From: an uncultured Acidimicrobiaceae bacterium
GTDB lineage: Bacteria > Actinomycetota > Acidimicrobiia > Acidimicrobiales > Bog-793
Assembly: GCA_964485645.1 (NCBI GenBank)
Contig: CAZAMA010000007.1
Coordinates: forward strand, 1-52,159
DNA: 52,159 nt
Direction: 5' to 3'
In this document: one piece after another, positions 50,701 to 52,159 of the stretch
Layout: the number at the start of each line of letters is the position of its first letter
Numbering within the stretch: position 1 is the first letter of the stretch
Made by a program: the position numbers and the translations under genes
Notes under the pieces: generated by a model
What the model saw: the letters and a program-made list of their open reading frames with translations, nothing else
What the model was told of the DNA's origin: nothing
Database searches by the model: none

Positions 50701-52159
50701 ATGGCACCCCAGTTCATCTTCACCATGCGCGACCTCCGCCGGTTCTACCCACCTGACCGCGAGGTGCTGCGAGGCATCAACCTCTCCTTCTATCCCGGTG
50801 CCAAGATCGGCGTCATCGGAGCCAACGGCTCGGGCAAGTCGTCGCTCCTCGCGATCATGGCGGGCGAGGACGAGGCCTACAGCGGTGAGGCGCGTCTCAC
50901 CCCGGGCTTCACCGTCGGCTTCCTACCCCAGGAACCCGTGCTCGACCCTTCCAAGGACGTAGTCGGCAACGTGGCAGACGGCGTCGCGGCGACGATGAAC
51001 CTCCTCGACCGGTTCAATGCGGTCTGTGCCGAGATGGGTGAGCCGGGCGCCGACTTCGACAAGCTGCTCGCCGAGCAGGCCACCCTCCAGGACGGCATCG
51101 ACTCGGTCCGTGGCTGGGATCTCGAGCGGAAGTTCGAGATCGCCATGGATGCGCTCCGCCTGCCCCCTGGCGATGCCGATGTAACGGCGCTGTCGGGTGG
51201 CGAGCGTCGCCGGGTCGCCCTCTGCCGCCTCCTGCTCTCGAGTCCTGACCTCCTCCTCCTCGACGAGCCAACGAACCACCTCGACGCCGAGTCGGTAGCA
51301 TGGCTGGAGCGAACCTTGCAGGAGTATCCAGGCACCGTGGTGGCTGTGACGCACGATCGCTACTTCCTCGACAACGTCGCTGGGTGGATTCTCGAGCTCG
51401 ACCGTGGGGCCGGCATCCCCTGGAAGGGGAACTATTCCTCGTGGCTCGAGCAGAGAAAGGCACGCCTCGACGCCGAGGAGAAAGCGGACCGGTCGAGGCA
51501 GGCCGCGCTCGCCCGGGAGCTCGAATGGATCAAGATGTCGCCGCGGGCCCGCCAGGCCAAGAGCGGCGCGCGGATAAATGCCTACAACAGCCTTGTGAGC
51601 GAGGCAGAGGTGGCCGAGCGGAGGGCCGATGGCCCGGAGATCACCATCCCTCCAGGCCCGCGCCTTGGGGATCGCGTCGTCGAAGCGGTCGCGCTGAGGA
51701 AGGGCTTCGGCGACCGGCTCCTCATCGACGGGCTGTCGTTCGTGCTGCCGCCCGGTGGAATCGTGGGAGTGATCGGCGCCAACGGTGCCGGGAAGACGAC
51801 CCTGTTTCGCATGATCGCCGGCGAGGACAAGCCCGACGAGGGCGTCTTGGACCTCGGGAGCACCGTCAAGCTTGCCTACGTCGACCAGTCCCGGGAAGCC
51901 CTTGTGGCCGAGAACACCGTCTTCGAGGAGATCACGGGCGGTCTTGAGCACATCGTGGTCGGCAATCGCGAGCTCCACGGCCGGGCTTTCGTGTCCAGTT
52001 TCGGCTTCCGGGGAAGCGACCAGCAGAAAAAGGTCGGGCAGCTCTCCGGAGGAGAGCGCAACCGAGTGCACCTGGCCAAGGTGCTGAAGAGTGGGGCAAA
52101 CGTGCTCCTCCTCGACGAGCCGACCAACGACCTCGACGTCGACACCCTCCGTTCCCTGG
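50701..52159 (+). CDS. ettA: ABC-F translation factor EttA (energy-dependent translational throttle), 3' end outside window
   Basis: My own translation of frame 1 from ATG 50701: MAPQFIFTMRDLRRFYPPDREVLRGINLSFYPGAKIGVIGANGSGKSS...LSGGERRRVAL...LLLLDEPTNHLD...GANGAGKTT...LSGGERNRVHL...LLLDEPTNDLD. It is open to the end of the window and is absent from the ORF track because it has no stop. Confidence 0.9.
   Translation, partial: MAPQFIFTMRDLRRFYPPDREVLRGINLSFYPGAKIGVIGANGSGKSSLLAIMAGEDEAYSGEARLTPGFTVGFLPQEPVLDPSKDVVGNVADGVAATMNLLDRFNAVCAEMGEPGADFDKLLAEQATLQDGIDSVRGWDLERKFEIAMDALRLPPGDADVTALSGGERRRVALCRLLLSSPDLLLLDEPTNHLDAESVAWLERTLQEYPGTVVAVTHDRYFLDNVAGWILELDRGAGIPWKGNYSSWLEQRKARLDAEEKADRSRQAALARELEWIKMSPRARQAKSGARINAYNSLVSEAEVAERRADGPEITIPPGPRLGDRVVEAVALRKGFGDRLLIDGLSFVLPPGGIVGVIGANGAGKTTLFRMIAGEDKPDEGVLDLGSTVKLAYVDQSREALVAENTVFEEITGGLEHIVVGNRELHGRAFVSSFGFRGSDQQKKVGQLSGGERNRVHLAKVLKSGANVLLLDEPTNDLDVDTLRSL

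Noticed and set aside
1-52159. Looked for mobile-element or defence-island hallmarks: integrase, transposase, tRNA target, terminal inverted repeats, toxin-antitoxin pairs, restriction-modification or nuclease/helicase genes, and abrupt GC shifts.
   Set aside because: None were recognised. The only AT-richer stretches are short promoter-type intergenic regions (about 5440-5580, 22680-22740, 24600-24720). The window reads as a metabolic chromosomal region.

Overview
High-GC, densely coding chromosomal segment that looks actinobacterial (frequent GTG starts, many 1-4 nt start/stop overlaps, strong GC3 bias). I recognise about 47 protein genes. I found no rRNA, tRNA, CRISPR array, transposase, integrase or obvious defence gene. 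All calls come from reading the supplied translations for motifs; no searches were run.

Gene content, left to right:
(1) The C-terminal end of an IPT/TIG surface protein.
(2) A minus-strand set: LapA-like membrane protein, Ala/Glu/Arg-rich coiled-coil protein and an ABC-2 exporter.
(3) An alpha/beta-hydrolase fused to 5-formyl-THF cyclo-ligase.
(4) A plus-strand catabolic block: CrtI-like flavoprotein, DAO-type flavoprotein, Rieske oxygenase, a five-gene peptide/opine-type ABC importer, a CocE/NonD hydrolase and a TetR regulator.
(5) TauE/DUF1634 exporter pair, GntR, LysR, a DD-carboxypeptidase and a small Cys/His protein.
(6) A second Rieske oxygenase, a stand-alone AsnC-type ligand-binding protein and an NCS1 permease.
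(7) A motif-degenerate PGK-like gene next to PiT and DUF47.
(8) The most interesting block (about 29.3-43.8 kb): a D-aminoacylase-family amidohydrolase, a PyrB-like and a YgeW-like carbamoyltransferase in tandem, carbamate kinase, a BMP-type nucleoside ABC importer, an XdhD-like Fe-S/molybdopterin fusion enzyme, an N-terminally short SsnA-like amidohydrolase and a 2-hydroxyacid dehydrogenase. This looks like a variant of the enterobacterial/gut-anaerobe ygeW-yqeA-ssnA-xdhD purine (urate) fermentation locus, with a different accessory gene set.
(9) A [NiFe]-hydrogenase maturation set (HiPIP-like small protein, hypC, hypD, hypF, hypE), plus a GmhA-like SIS protein and an unusual degenerate-SIS::HypC-like fusion.
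(10) The 5' part of ettA, which runs off the window and so is missing from the ORF track.

Sequence-level oddities: two near-perfect tandem-repeat arrays (an intergenic one of 3x18 + 3x17 nt, and an in-frame 5x24 nt array in a permease tail); a duplicated TGACT-N3-AGTCA palindrome in a divergent promoter region; and a low-GC, hairpin-rich leader upstream of the NCS1 gene.
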